64,000 bases of DNA, taken from contig OX597815.1 of the NCBI GenBank assembly GCA_951406725.2, positions 178,436,001 to 178,500,000 on the forward strand. Reading direction: 5' to 3'. This document shows, piece after piece, positions 52,501-64,000 of the stretch (position 1 is its first letter; each line of letters opens with the position of its first letter). The notes beneath the pieces are model-generated. The model did no database searches, was not told the origin of the DNA, and saw only the letters and a program-made list of their open reading frames with translations. This DNA comes from Octopus vulgaris. Lineage: Eukaryota. Both the position numbers and the translations under genes were made by a program.

Positions 52501-53530
52501 ATTTGAAACCAATTTTTGGCCAATTATAAAATTATGTTGTGTCACCTTCATTCCTCCACTCATCATTCTATGACTTATTCGTCCTAATTCACACATCTTT
52601 GTGCAACGTTCCTTTGTATGATATTTTCATCAGAAGGCAGTTCGCTGGTGAAATCAGAAGTGACAAAACCAGATCAATTCACCATTACTATTTAATTACT
52701 TCCTTTCACATTCTGAGATCAAATCTGATCGAGTTTAATTATCGTCTTTCATCCAATCGGGCTCATAATATATAATCAATTCCAGTGTTCCAACAAAACT
52801 GATGATCAAAGCCTTCCTGCCACGATCATCCCATCTTATTTTCAGATGACTTACCCAGGATCACATTATCCCATCTAATAATGTCCTTTATTTTTTAGAT
52901 GCTAATTAATCAAATTCATATGTCAGGAGTGGATTTGACTGCTATTTCTAGCAGATTAATTGATCACATTGCGGTTCCCTGTTGGTCAATGCAACGTTTT
53001 ATAAAGAGTAACAGCGGTGTTGCAAATGTCTCACTAGCTATCACCAATATCACTGGTGCTACTTTTGTTCATCGTCTGGTGCAGATGGTAAATAAATGAT
53101 GTAGACACTGTAACAGCGACACAATTTGACACGTGTGTTTTCATCATGTTCTCCATTTTGTTTGGCTTTGTTTGTGTTCTGCCTTTTTGTCTTTTGTTTT
53201 TATTTGTATTCGTTTGTTTCCAATACGATAGCTATTCATGCGCTCTCGCCTAGGTTTGAGTTCCTTTTTTTTTGGTCAAACGAAACACACATCGAATACT
53301 TACGCAAACATGCACATATGCATGCCATATGTACATATATACGTTTTTCATACGCACAAATATACATTCATGTGTGCGGGTATCTAAATATTTCAATCAT
53401 ATGCTCATGTAAGCATGTATATGTGTGTGTGTGTATTCATGTATGCAACTGTGTATATAATATGTGTCTATATATATATATATATGTGTGTGTGTGTGCA
53501 TGTGTGTGTGTGTGCATGTGTGTGTGTGAG

Positions 53531-53572
<42 letters not shown>

Positions 53573-53619
53573 AACATATGCAGATGTCTGTGTAAGCTCA
53601 TGTATGCAAATATGCATAT

Positions 53620-53653
<34 letters not shown>

Positions 53654-54827
53654 TATATACATATATGTATATGTGTATGTGTGTGTACGCATATATGCAT
53701 GTATGTATATCACATACATAAATATATACAAAATTTCTGTGCGAATATGTATAAGCGGATATGCGTGCGAGTGAAGAACGTAATATGTCAGCTATTCGCT
53801 TCCTTACAAAGTTAACGAAATAAAACAAATCTATAGTCGTATGGAAAATAGTTTCGTGTCATTAAAGCTGGAAATGTTAGCACAAAGAATAACAACCAAC
53901 AATGGCTGCTACAAAAGGAATGGCAGAAAAAAACTTCGTATATACTACAATGATTGAAGGTCATTGAACACATGTACCGTTTGTTCTGAGCATTCTCAGG
54001 TTGACTTCCTAGAAAATGTAATGTATGTGAGCGTGTGTTTGTTTATTGTGAATGCTTATGTCTATTGTCCTGCTGTTTATATTTTTTTTAAGAATAGCAA
54101 CGCAAAATATTTATTCTTATATGGTCCGAGGAAACCAGCTGCATTTCTATGTGTTCATTTAATAGGGTGCACGTATCCCCAAATTTCTCCCTCGTCGTGA
54201 ACGTAAACATAGGCACAAATAGATGGATATATGCTTACATAGACACATACAGCCATCCATAGATGGGTTCCACTTAAGAATGATAATGCAAACGGAGGAG
54301 ACACGCGGTATGATGTTGATACAGACGTACAGTTATAAATGTATGAATATGGAACACAATAGAGACCTAAAAAGCAATAGAATAAAAATGAAGAGAAATG
54401 AACATAATATATATGGATACATGAAATATAGAAATGATAAAGGCAGGAATAGCTAACCACGCCCTGAAACACAGACTTGCTCCTGTCGATGTATATGTGT
54501 ACGTGTAACTATGCGAATTCGTTTCTAAGTATGCACATGTGTATGTGTGTATAGGGTGTGTGTGTGTGTGTGTGTGTGTTTATGTAATATCTATATATAT
54601 TTCATATATGTTGTTATACGAAGAGTATGGAGAAAAGAAGGAGAGAGAAGTGGTGTGAGTAATGTATGTCAATGGCGGTAGAGTGCAAAAGACATACGTT
54701 ACAATAAACTGTTTCTTTTGAAGATACAAGAAAAATAAAACTTATTTGATGAACAAGCTTGTAGCGTCTTCATAGGTTTCTCGTTCTGACGTACCTTTAC
54801 TTCTCCTGTTTAATATTTAGTTTGTAG

Positions 54828-55235
54828 AAGGCGGTGAGCTAGCAGAACCGTTACGGCAAAATGCCTAACCGCATTTCGTCTTTCTTTATGTTCTGAGTTC
54901 TAATTCCGCCGAGGTCGACTTTGCCTTTTTGGGTCAATAAAAAAAGTACCAGTTGAGCTCTGGGATCGATTTAATCGGCTTACTCCCACCCACAAAATTG
55001 CTGGCCTTTTGCCAAAAGTTTTCATTACTATTTAGTATGTATTGGGCTCCGCGCTGGCGAAACCGTTAGCACACAGGGCAAAATGCTTAACCGCATTTCG
55101 TCTGTCTTACGTCCTGAGTTCAAATTCTGCCGAAGTCGTGGTCGATAAAATAAGTACTAGTTGAGCACTGGAATCCATGTAAGCAACTTAACCCTCCTCC
55201 GAAGGTGTTGGCGTAATGGCAAAATTTGAAATCAA
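54828..55235 (+). mobile_element. Two tandem degenerate SINE family 1 copies
   Basis: Two heads (54828 and about 55050) with GAGTTC.AATTC.GCCGA.GTCG. Confidence 0.8.
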
Positions 55236-55263
55236 TATTCAGTTTGTATTCTGACATCATCTA

Positions 55264-56520
55264 TGTCAGAACGAGGATGTATAAAACATTCTCGGTGAAG
55301 TGGAGAAGGCGTTGAGGCTAATCTGGCAAGAGATAGTGTATCTTGCCAGAGGGGCGAAGTACGGTGAGGTGGAAGTTCGGTTTAAAGATGGAACAACGGC
55401 AAGAAAACATGCTGCAACCACAATAAATGGTGAGGAAATAGTACTCCTACCCACATACCTGGGACGGAGAGCGTCTCGGTGGAAAGAACTCCACCGGAGA
55501 TGGATGTGGCCTGGATAGCAACCGCTGTCCTAATGGGTAGCGAAGATAAGAGAGCGGTGCTACAGGCCACAAAGATAAAAAGTATCAATTGGAAGGGTCA
55601 GATACTGAATATGATCATTCAGGGGTCTGACGAGACGATAGAGAACATGGAGGAGACCATTACGGTGAACGACACATTAATGAGCGTCAGAGTGGAGGGC
55701 AGAATCCCTCGCTGCTATAAATTTGGCCTGAAGGGCCACATTAGAGCGAGATGCCCTCCACCAGAAAAAGTGACACGGCGACAAGAGGAAGAACTCCAGG
55801 AAGAAGACCAAGAGGAACCACAGAAGGAAGAAACAATGTTACCGGTAGAAGTGGAAGGAGAAGAGAAAGAATGGGAGACAATAGGAAAAAGAAAAAAGAG
55901 AAAAAGGAAGAAAGTAAGTCCAACACACACAGAACTTCACCCCACAATTACCCAATGCCCATCCACACCCTCCTCGTCCCACCCTCCCCCTGCTGACACC
56001 AAACCTTTCCATTCTCCTCCAACACAAAAAGAAAAAAGAAAAACAATAACACACAGGAACCCACAAATTTCCCCGCCCACCATTAGTTGTGATGCGTGTG
56101 TGGTGTGCGAGGAAGCAGACGATGAACTGGTTAAACAGGTGACGGAATGGGAGAATACAGTGATGGTTAGGGTAGAGGATGAGGAGAGTGCTAGCGGGAG
56201 CCATTCATGCATTCTAATAACAGAAGATCAAAACAATGAGATTGAAAAAAGAAACACAAAGGAAACTACGCGTTTTGGAAGGGAGAATATGATAAGGAGA
56301 GATTACCAAATGACATAGGGTATGAGGAACTCAAAGAAAACTATGGACTCGATATAATGGAATACAAAGAAAAAGGAAGTAGCGCCACTTTCAATTTTCA
56401 TTTTTTTTCATAACCATTGTACCATACGTTTTGTTTTTTGTTTTGTTTTTTTCATTTGTTCAGTGTCCCCACATGTATTGTATTGTCCCCTCTTTGTTGA
56501 CCCCTCGTGGGCAATAAAAA
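55264..56520 (+). mobile_element. 5'-truncated ORF1-only LINE-like element (L1/Tx1-type ORF1 with zinc knuckle, no ORF2)
   Basis: Frameshifted ORF 55300-56318 includes ...LLPTYLGRR / VRVEGRIPRCYKFGLKGHIRARCP (CCHC knuckle with C>F), acidic, basic and Pro-rich tracts. About 200 bp later it ends in TGTCCCCTCT...CCCCTCGTGGGCAATAAAAA. Confidence 0.7.
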
Positions 56521-58244
56521 GTCACCTTATAAATTTACGAATTCTATTCTTATTCATGGCATTTATCTCACGCATGCAATTGAAATCCGCGTCACGCAGA
56601 CGATGTTGCTTTATGTGCACGACTTCATAATTGCTTCATAATCACTTTGTTGTATCTCTCATAATTATTTTTCCTCGTCAGTTTTAAAATGCTAAAACCT
56701 TTAATTGAAAACAATATAAACCAGTTCTTTTTAAATTAAAAATTATATTGTAATGAATATCAAAATTTAAGAACGCCTTAAATCTTTTCGATGCAGTCAG
56801 AAATAATCGGTTGCTATGAAGGGTGCTTTCCCTCAACGAGAGTAGGCGATGGCTGGGAAAAGGAACTTGTTTTACTCAGACCTTAGCGGGTCTGAGTTGC
56901 CCACGTCAGAGGAAGAGCTGTTATTTTGGATACTTTTTTTGGCTCGCAATTTATCATATTTCGGTTGATCTTTTGATGTCCACAAAATATTTACTAGTTA
57001 TGTACTGAAGTATATTTCATCAAATGGCTTTTTTCCCCCTTGGAAGCCAGCTTTCATTAAACTTCAAAGAAATCTTTATTGTATCCATACAGGCAGAATA
57101 CACTAAATATTATTTCGTTTCAATCCATAGAGGTTCAAGTTCCGCTAAAGTTTATTTCATCTTTCATTCGTCCGAGATCTGTAAATATGAATCAATAATT
57201 CAACGTCTACAAATTCCGCTCCGTCACAAAGACAAATTAGCGCCTCTGCTTGTGAAAGAATTCAACATTACGTTTAATTTTTTACAACAATAACCGACAT
57301 TATCAATAGATTGATTTTAATAATATATTTGTTTAAATTAAGCAAAGTGCCCTCTATAATTAAACACGTTAAATATCCATTGATTTGGGTTAGTAAAACA
57401 AAAGCATAATTTGTTCGTTTCCTTAAACGCAAAAACATTTTAAATGTTGCTCTGTTGGTTTTCATTTTATTTATTTCTTTTCTCTTCGTTTATTTCAATC
57501 ACAAATACACCCTCCTTGCATTTAACCTCTCTGACATCCACTCAACTCCATTCTCTCCATTTCCATTAAACTATTATTTGGCAATAAGAACGGTTTAAAT
57601 AAGTTCACACTATGTGTTAATCGTTAAAATATGTCCATCACTTCAGATATTCATTGCAGTCATTAAAAAGCACATTTTTCTTCTAATTTTTTTTTCTTTA
57701 ATTTTTTTTTTAGGTGGATTTCCTTAACTCAAATGAACTTGTCTAGTATTCCCTTGATCCAACTGAATAAAAGTTGTTCAGCAGCTGGAAAAACGAAGTA
57801 TTTTCTAGTTTTAAATATTTTATTTTTGAAAAAAAAGTTGAATTATTTTAATCGATTTTGAAACATTCTGAATTGTTTCTGTTATTTTAAGAACGAACAC
57901 AGCAAATATTGCTTCATAAAACATTATTTTTTTACGAAATTCTACTTTTTTACCGGACAAATGTGTTAGCCATCACACCACGGGGAGTTTGCTATTTTTT
58001 TAATGAATTATGCAAATACAAAAGAACAGAAATTATAAGGACAGCTCGATGCAATGAAATGACTTTTAACTCATTAATGTTCATTTCTTAGATTAACATG
58101 AAGGACAAAATCTGTAGGAATCGGTGAGTCGGTTGAATAAACGCTGGTACATTGCCGATATTCTATCAACGTCAGAGGGATTGAAACCAAAGTCAACGTT
58201 GGCCGGATTTGAACTCAGAATGCAGTAGAATGAGGTTAGTCTGT

Positions 58245-58462
58245 TTATTTTTTATTGCCTACAGGGGGTAAACATAGGGGGAACAAACAAGTACAAAGGG
58301 AGTAAGACTATTACATCGACCCCAGTGCGTAACTGGTACTTATTTAATCGACTCCGAAAGGATGAAAGGCAAAGTCGACCTCGGCGAAATTTGAACTCAG
58401 AACGTAGAGGCAGACGAAATACCGCTAAGCAGTTCGCTCGGCGTGCTAACGATTCTACCAGC
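58245..58462 (-). mobile_element. SINE family 1 with the GGCAATAAA tail variant
   Basis: Tail CCCCCTATGTTTACCCCCTGTAGGCAATAAAAAATAAA. A degenerate family 1 copy is adjacent at about 58110-58225. Confidence 0.85.
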
Positions 58463-59379
58463 ATCTTTGTTGGGTGCTGTTTTGACACACAAGTCTGTTA
58501 CCATCTTTCAAGACATAGAAGCTGCCTGTTTAGTTCCAAATCGATCGAAATGGATCGCGCATATGGCTAAAAGCATTTCAACAACGTCTGTCCTGTCTAG
58601 ATACATAGGGATGTATTCTTTCTGTTCTGTGAGAGCAGAAGTGTCTAGTATTTTCAGGAAATTAGACAACAACATGAGGCATGTGATGTAAATAATTTTG
58701 CATATTTTCTAGTTGCCTTGTAATCTTAACCAATATGAACGAAGTAAAATGGATCAACGGAAGCTTAGAAACTGAAGTTCCAGCTAGTTTACCAATCTAC
58801 GTTAGCCACCAATTACAATACTGAGAGCGGTTTCTAACAACTGACAGAATCTTAGAAATAATACAGCACCGAGATAAATATCTTACAGAGTTTCACATAT
58901 TAATTACTGATTTCAAATCCTGCGAGAGTCAACAGAAAATTCTGCTGTTAGTCATACCCAAGAGTTGATTCATCTAACTGCATAACATCTCCGCCTCCCG
59001 CTCCAGCAAATTTGTAGAGCTCTCAGTTAATGGACAAATCAAGATTGATATCTTCTGTCTACCATCGTTAACAAGAATAAGTCGCTTAGCGAGTCGAAAG
59101 TCAAAACTGATTTCGGTTCCCATTTATAATAATGAACCTTATTTTCACTGCTGGTGTCGCACCGCAAGACAGTGACATCGCAACATTTCTCTCCAGCATT
59201 CTCTAAAATGGTTGCGATGATAGTAAAACTTCGGCAAATCAATTCTAGTACGAAGTTTCGATTTCTGTATCAAACCTTCTCAGTTAATTTTTCACTTTCT
59301 TATCACCTTCAAAACACACTAAGTTTACATCCTAAGAGGGGCTAAGAAAAAACGCTCCAGCTTCGAGTAACTGAATATA

Positions 59380-59530
59380 CAGAAGTTGGACAAAATAATG
59401 GAAACACTCAGCATCATAGTATCATAATTTTGAAATATCTGTAAAACCGTCAAAAGCTTGTTTATTTTTATGTTTTTTTTTTAAATTTATTAGTGTTGCT
59501 TAATGTTTCACTAAAATTGCTGTTACTTTT
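59380..59530 (+). mobile_element. Tc1-like transposon end fragment
   Basis: TA|CAGAAGTTGGACAAAATAATGGAAACAC resembles Tc1 TIRs. No partner end was seen. Confidence 0.55.
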
Positions 59531-60335
59531 CAGATATCTTCAACTACGGCGATAGTGCTGATGGCTCCGTTCTTGTGTCTACGGCCACTATCGTTCCTGC
59601 CGGTGGTATTGTCAGGGTCCGCTAGTACTTCGGTTTGATAGACGACCTCTTTGGTTTCGCAGTGGCCTCCTACAGGGCAACTGTTGAGGTCCCCGCATGA
59701 ACAACTTGCCACTTCCTGAGTCTTAGGGGCGCTAACTAGGATGTTCTTAATTTGGTGGGGCACAGCTAAATGAGACTCTAATATTGAGCCTGTTGTAAAT
59801 GGGCTCGTACTTATGGGAGCTAGTGAAATGCTTGTCTATTAATTTAAGGAATAGCCTACCTACGGGTGTTATTGTGTTAAGTGAGAAGGGGGGCAACCAA
59901 ATGGTATTTCTGCGGCGCTTCCTTCTGCAGCTGTTGGGTTCCGGCATGTAGGAGATACGGTCCCTAAATTCACTGGCAGCCAGGGCCTCGTTATAGTAAG
60001 GGGCCGCTGCGTCGAAATCCTCTTGGTTGGTGGAAAGGTTCGTGATCCTCTTACTAATATACCCCCTTTACCAGATTCCTGAACGCAATGGATGGGTGAC
60101 AGGAGGCTGTGTTGATGTACGTTAGCTTCTTGTTTGGTTTACGGTAGGGCCTGTAAGTACCGGAGCCCAAGTCGAGCGTGACGTCTAAGAAGTCCGCTGC
60201 TGTTGTGAGGATGGTCTTTATGGTGATCTTCAATCCTATGGAGGCAGGTGTACTGATTAAGTCTTTCCTAGGCCTATCTAGTGTATGTCCGCTTGCTCCC
60301 CTTGAAATGACCAGGGTGTCATCTCTATAGAGATC
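59531..60335 (-). pseudogene. Naiad-like Penelope element fragment (RT C-half, thumb, CxCx5C linker, start of GIY-YIG)
   Basis: LYRDDTL...GLKITI...[26 protein letters not shown]; RKRRRNTIW.PPFS..T.T.VGRLFLKLIDKHF; CSCGDLNSCPVGGHCETKEVVYQ. Several frameshifts. Confidence 0.88.
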
Positions 60336-60339
60336 AGAC

Positions 60340-60945
<606 letters not shown>

Positions 60946-61400
60946 TAGTATCTTATTATTTTCTCCTTCGCGAAAATTTTGTTCATGTTTTTCTTACCCT
61001 GATATGGCGGGATTTGGTTGTTATGTCAAAGCAAACGCCAAAGGACAAGCCCTTCACTTCACTCAAACGACCTACGACCAAATTGGCGACAAAATAAGAG
61101 ACTGGAAGACATCCGCAATATGTTCGCTTCAACTCATCATAAATCGAAGGCATTGCACTCGTACTTTCCAATCTGTGATAAACGTGAGACATCAAATTCA
61201 TACGTCATTAAGAGAAAGATTTCATTGATTGTTTAATGCGCCGAACAAATTGTATCGCATCATACAATCATTATTGATTATACAGCCATTATTGATACTC
61301 TGATTTTAGACATTCGGATCATTAAACGGAGCTGAATAGATGCTCTATTAGTTTGGCAATTATAGTTATATAGTTTCTCCAGACGCTTCACAACACCTCT

Positions 61401-61403
<3 letters not shown>

Positions 61404-61473
<70 letters not shown>

Positions 61474-61543
61474 CATATATATATGTATATATATACATAC
61501 ATATATATATATACATACATATATATATATACATACATATATA

Positions 61544-61584
<41 letters not shown>

Positions 61585-61594
61585 ATATATATAA

Positions 61595-61641
<47 letters not shown>

Positions 61642-61710
61642 CATATATACATACATATATATACATATATATACATATATACATATATACATATATAGAT
61701 ACATATATAC

Positions 61711-61762
<52 letters not shown>

Positions 61763-61783
61763 AGAGAGAGAGAGAGAGAGAGA
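61404..61783. repeat. (TA)n/(TACA)n/(GA)n microsatellite
   Basis: Direct inspection. Confidence 0.97.
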
Positions 61784-63266
61784 TGTATGGATGGCTGTAG
61801 TTATATATTGGGTAAGTATGTGTGTGTGTATGAATATGTGTTTGTGTGCGTGTATATGTGCACATACATACGCAAACACGCACGTGCACGCACACACAAC
61901 ACGAATTAAACGGGGTAACATAACAAAGGGAAAAGTTCTATATGTGACAAACGCTGTAACGCAAGAGATCATCTTCTGACAGTCTGAGGTGGTGACCTAG
62001 TTTCCGTTCCTGTTTGATGTTAATCCAGTTAATATACTCGACAAATGGTCTTGAGAAAGGTATGAACATTATGCAGTCTCAATTGTAAACCTCTTGTATA
62101 AATAACAGGACTACGACCTCAGCAAATCGATATTCTAATCGGGGTTTACTTTAATCCTTTTGTCAAATAATAATATTGTTTAAATTTCTGTCTATTCACG
62201 CCAATTCCTCTCGAATCACACACACTCACAGATATATGCATGTGAGCGTTTGTATGAGTATATTACATAGACTAATCAGTCTATGAATAAATAGATGTTT
62301 GTACGTCTAATATCCGTGCGGGTGTGCAGTCGCAGACAAGAGATTTTGTAGCAATAAATTTAATTACATATTTCTCTTTGACTACATTTATCTTGCTTCT
62401 TTTATTGTTTTCTGCACTCTCTGAATCTAAAATTATTGTGGGTTAACATGTGTAAGTTCAGATGTCAGACACACTGCGATATTTACTGCGAAACATACAG
62501 TGCAATTATTTGTCGACTCAAGCGTTTATTAAAGCTCTGTTTTCCCTCCACTTCGAAACCATTATTCAACGTTCTAACTTAAGTCTGATTGACAGATATT
62601 GAATTTGTGTTCTAACTGAATTATCTAAAGAGCTGGATGTGAGCCAATAGATATTTAGCGATAGATCATAACAGTGTCTATTTATAGATGGTGAGGAGGG
62701 CAAAGCAAAAATAAAACCTCGTGTGCAAGAGTTGTAATGTGTACTCGTGTGCATTCCGGTTATTTTTCGTATAATAAAACAACCATGTGAGATATACCAT
62801 ATTTATAAGTACGGTATGCTTAATTATACTTAATTCTTCGCGTAATGAATTTAGTTTCATATCAATAAGTAATCGACTCACAGATGCAATCCTTATTTCG
62901 ATTCATTTAATCTTTCTTTAAACCGAACTTTACACAAATAAATAAATGCCATAAATGTGTTTCATGTTAAATAATTCTGATTGTTAAATAATTCTTTTAT
63001 ATAGTCTATGTCAAATTATGCTTTTCGTGTTATATTTTTTTTATTTCATATCGTAATTATTTTGTAGTCATTTTCCTTTGCTAATTTCCTCGAAGATTTG
63101 ATTAATCTTATTGAAGATTTAAAGCTAAACTGTATCATATGGATTATCCATACTGCCACTCTTTCCACCTGAGGATCATTCTTAGTAACGAGACTCTTCT
63201 TTAATACACTATAATCTAGTGATGATAAAATACTTTAAGTACAAATGTTTAGATAGCTTCTATATA

Positions 63267-64000
63267 TCTATATATATAAAACTCAACTTGTGTGTCTGTG
63301 TGTGTATCTGTGTGTGTGTGTGTGTGTGTGTTTAACTTACCGGCACATCTCCTCCTAGCCAACAAATCGTAGAACCACCAAAAATGGGTCACTTAAAGTT
63401 TAGGCGAATGAAAATTGAACTGCGCTATTTCTGTTCCGAAATTCAACTCGCAAGTACAAAAATCGATAATTTGTTTGTTTAGGCCTTATCCCATGCATTG
63501 AATAGTGAACTTTACTCAGTCAACTGTTTGACGTGAACTGTGTTCACCACGCGTGCAAGCATGTGTAAATTGCATGAAAAATAAAAAATCAAGATATAAA
63601 AACGAATCGCCGTAAACATTGTAGAAATTCGGCAAATAAATGAATTTTCGGGATGTAGCCTGGAGGGTTTTTTCGTATTAATCGTTTGGACTTTGTGAAC
63701 ACATACCAATTGTTTTCATAACATTTTTAACGCTTTGAATTAAATGTGACCATTTTGCGTTGAGTCTGCAGTTTGAATCACTTTAACCAAATTTTAGCAG
63801 GCCGGATTTTTTATCATCACGATACATCGCCAGCGACTCCCTGAAATCCCCGTTAAGAAATCTATATATATAAAACTCAACTTGTGTGTCTGTGTGTGTA
63901 TCTGTGTGTGTGTCTGTGTGTGTATCTGTGTGTGTGTCTGTGTGTTTAACTTTTGGTTCTACCAAGTTTCATTATTAAGGATGGAAAGTAGTGTGTAGGA
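63267..64000 (+). mobile_element. Helitron-like non-autonomous element, two tandem 5' ends (63267 and 63861)
   Basis: A|TCTATATATATAAAACTCAACTTGTGTGTCTGTGTGTGTATC...GTTTAACTT occurs twice. A 5' TC terminus followed by a microsatellite is typical. The 3' end was not seen. Confidence 0.6.

Noticed and set aside
55479-56318. 279-aa ORF as a host protein-coding gene
   Set aside because: It is frameshifted, intronless, has a broken zinc knuckle and ends in a retroelement tail, so it is better explained as retrotransposon ORF1.
56600-59350. Possible old DNA-transposon coding remnants
   Set aside because: No motif could be recognised with confidence by eye. It needs BLASTX against transposase libraries.

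Overview
AT-rich, microsatellite-saturated eukaryotic DNA with no recognisable intact host gene. It is intergenic or deep intronic. The SINE families and the (TA)n/(GATA)n/(TAA)n load are most consistent with an octopus (cephalopod) genome, which is an inference from family resemblance. Almost all ORFs in the track are microsatellite or SINE artefacts. The real content is mobile DNA: at least four tRNA-derived SINE families, five mariner remnants, a Tc1 end, CR1, RTE and Dong/R4-like LINE fragments, Penelope-like elements (one GIY-YIG fragment with inverted pseudo-LTRs, one Naiad-like RT fragment), Helentron/Helitron-type non-autonomous elements and foldback elements. Four signals stand out. 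(1) Seven minimal type I hammerhead-ribozyme motifs, including a U3-A8 core variant. (2) One of them sits in an element fusing a tRNA-like Pol III head to a hammerhead tail with a Penelope-style inverted end, a candidate Penelope-mobilised SINE. (3) A SINE subfamily repeatedly sits at the same position inside copies of its own family, and its 3' tail matches an ORF1-only LINE-like element in the same window. (4) A foldback element carries outward-facing telomeric repeats. All alignments and folds were done by eye, so boundaries are approximate.
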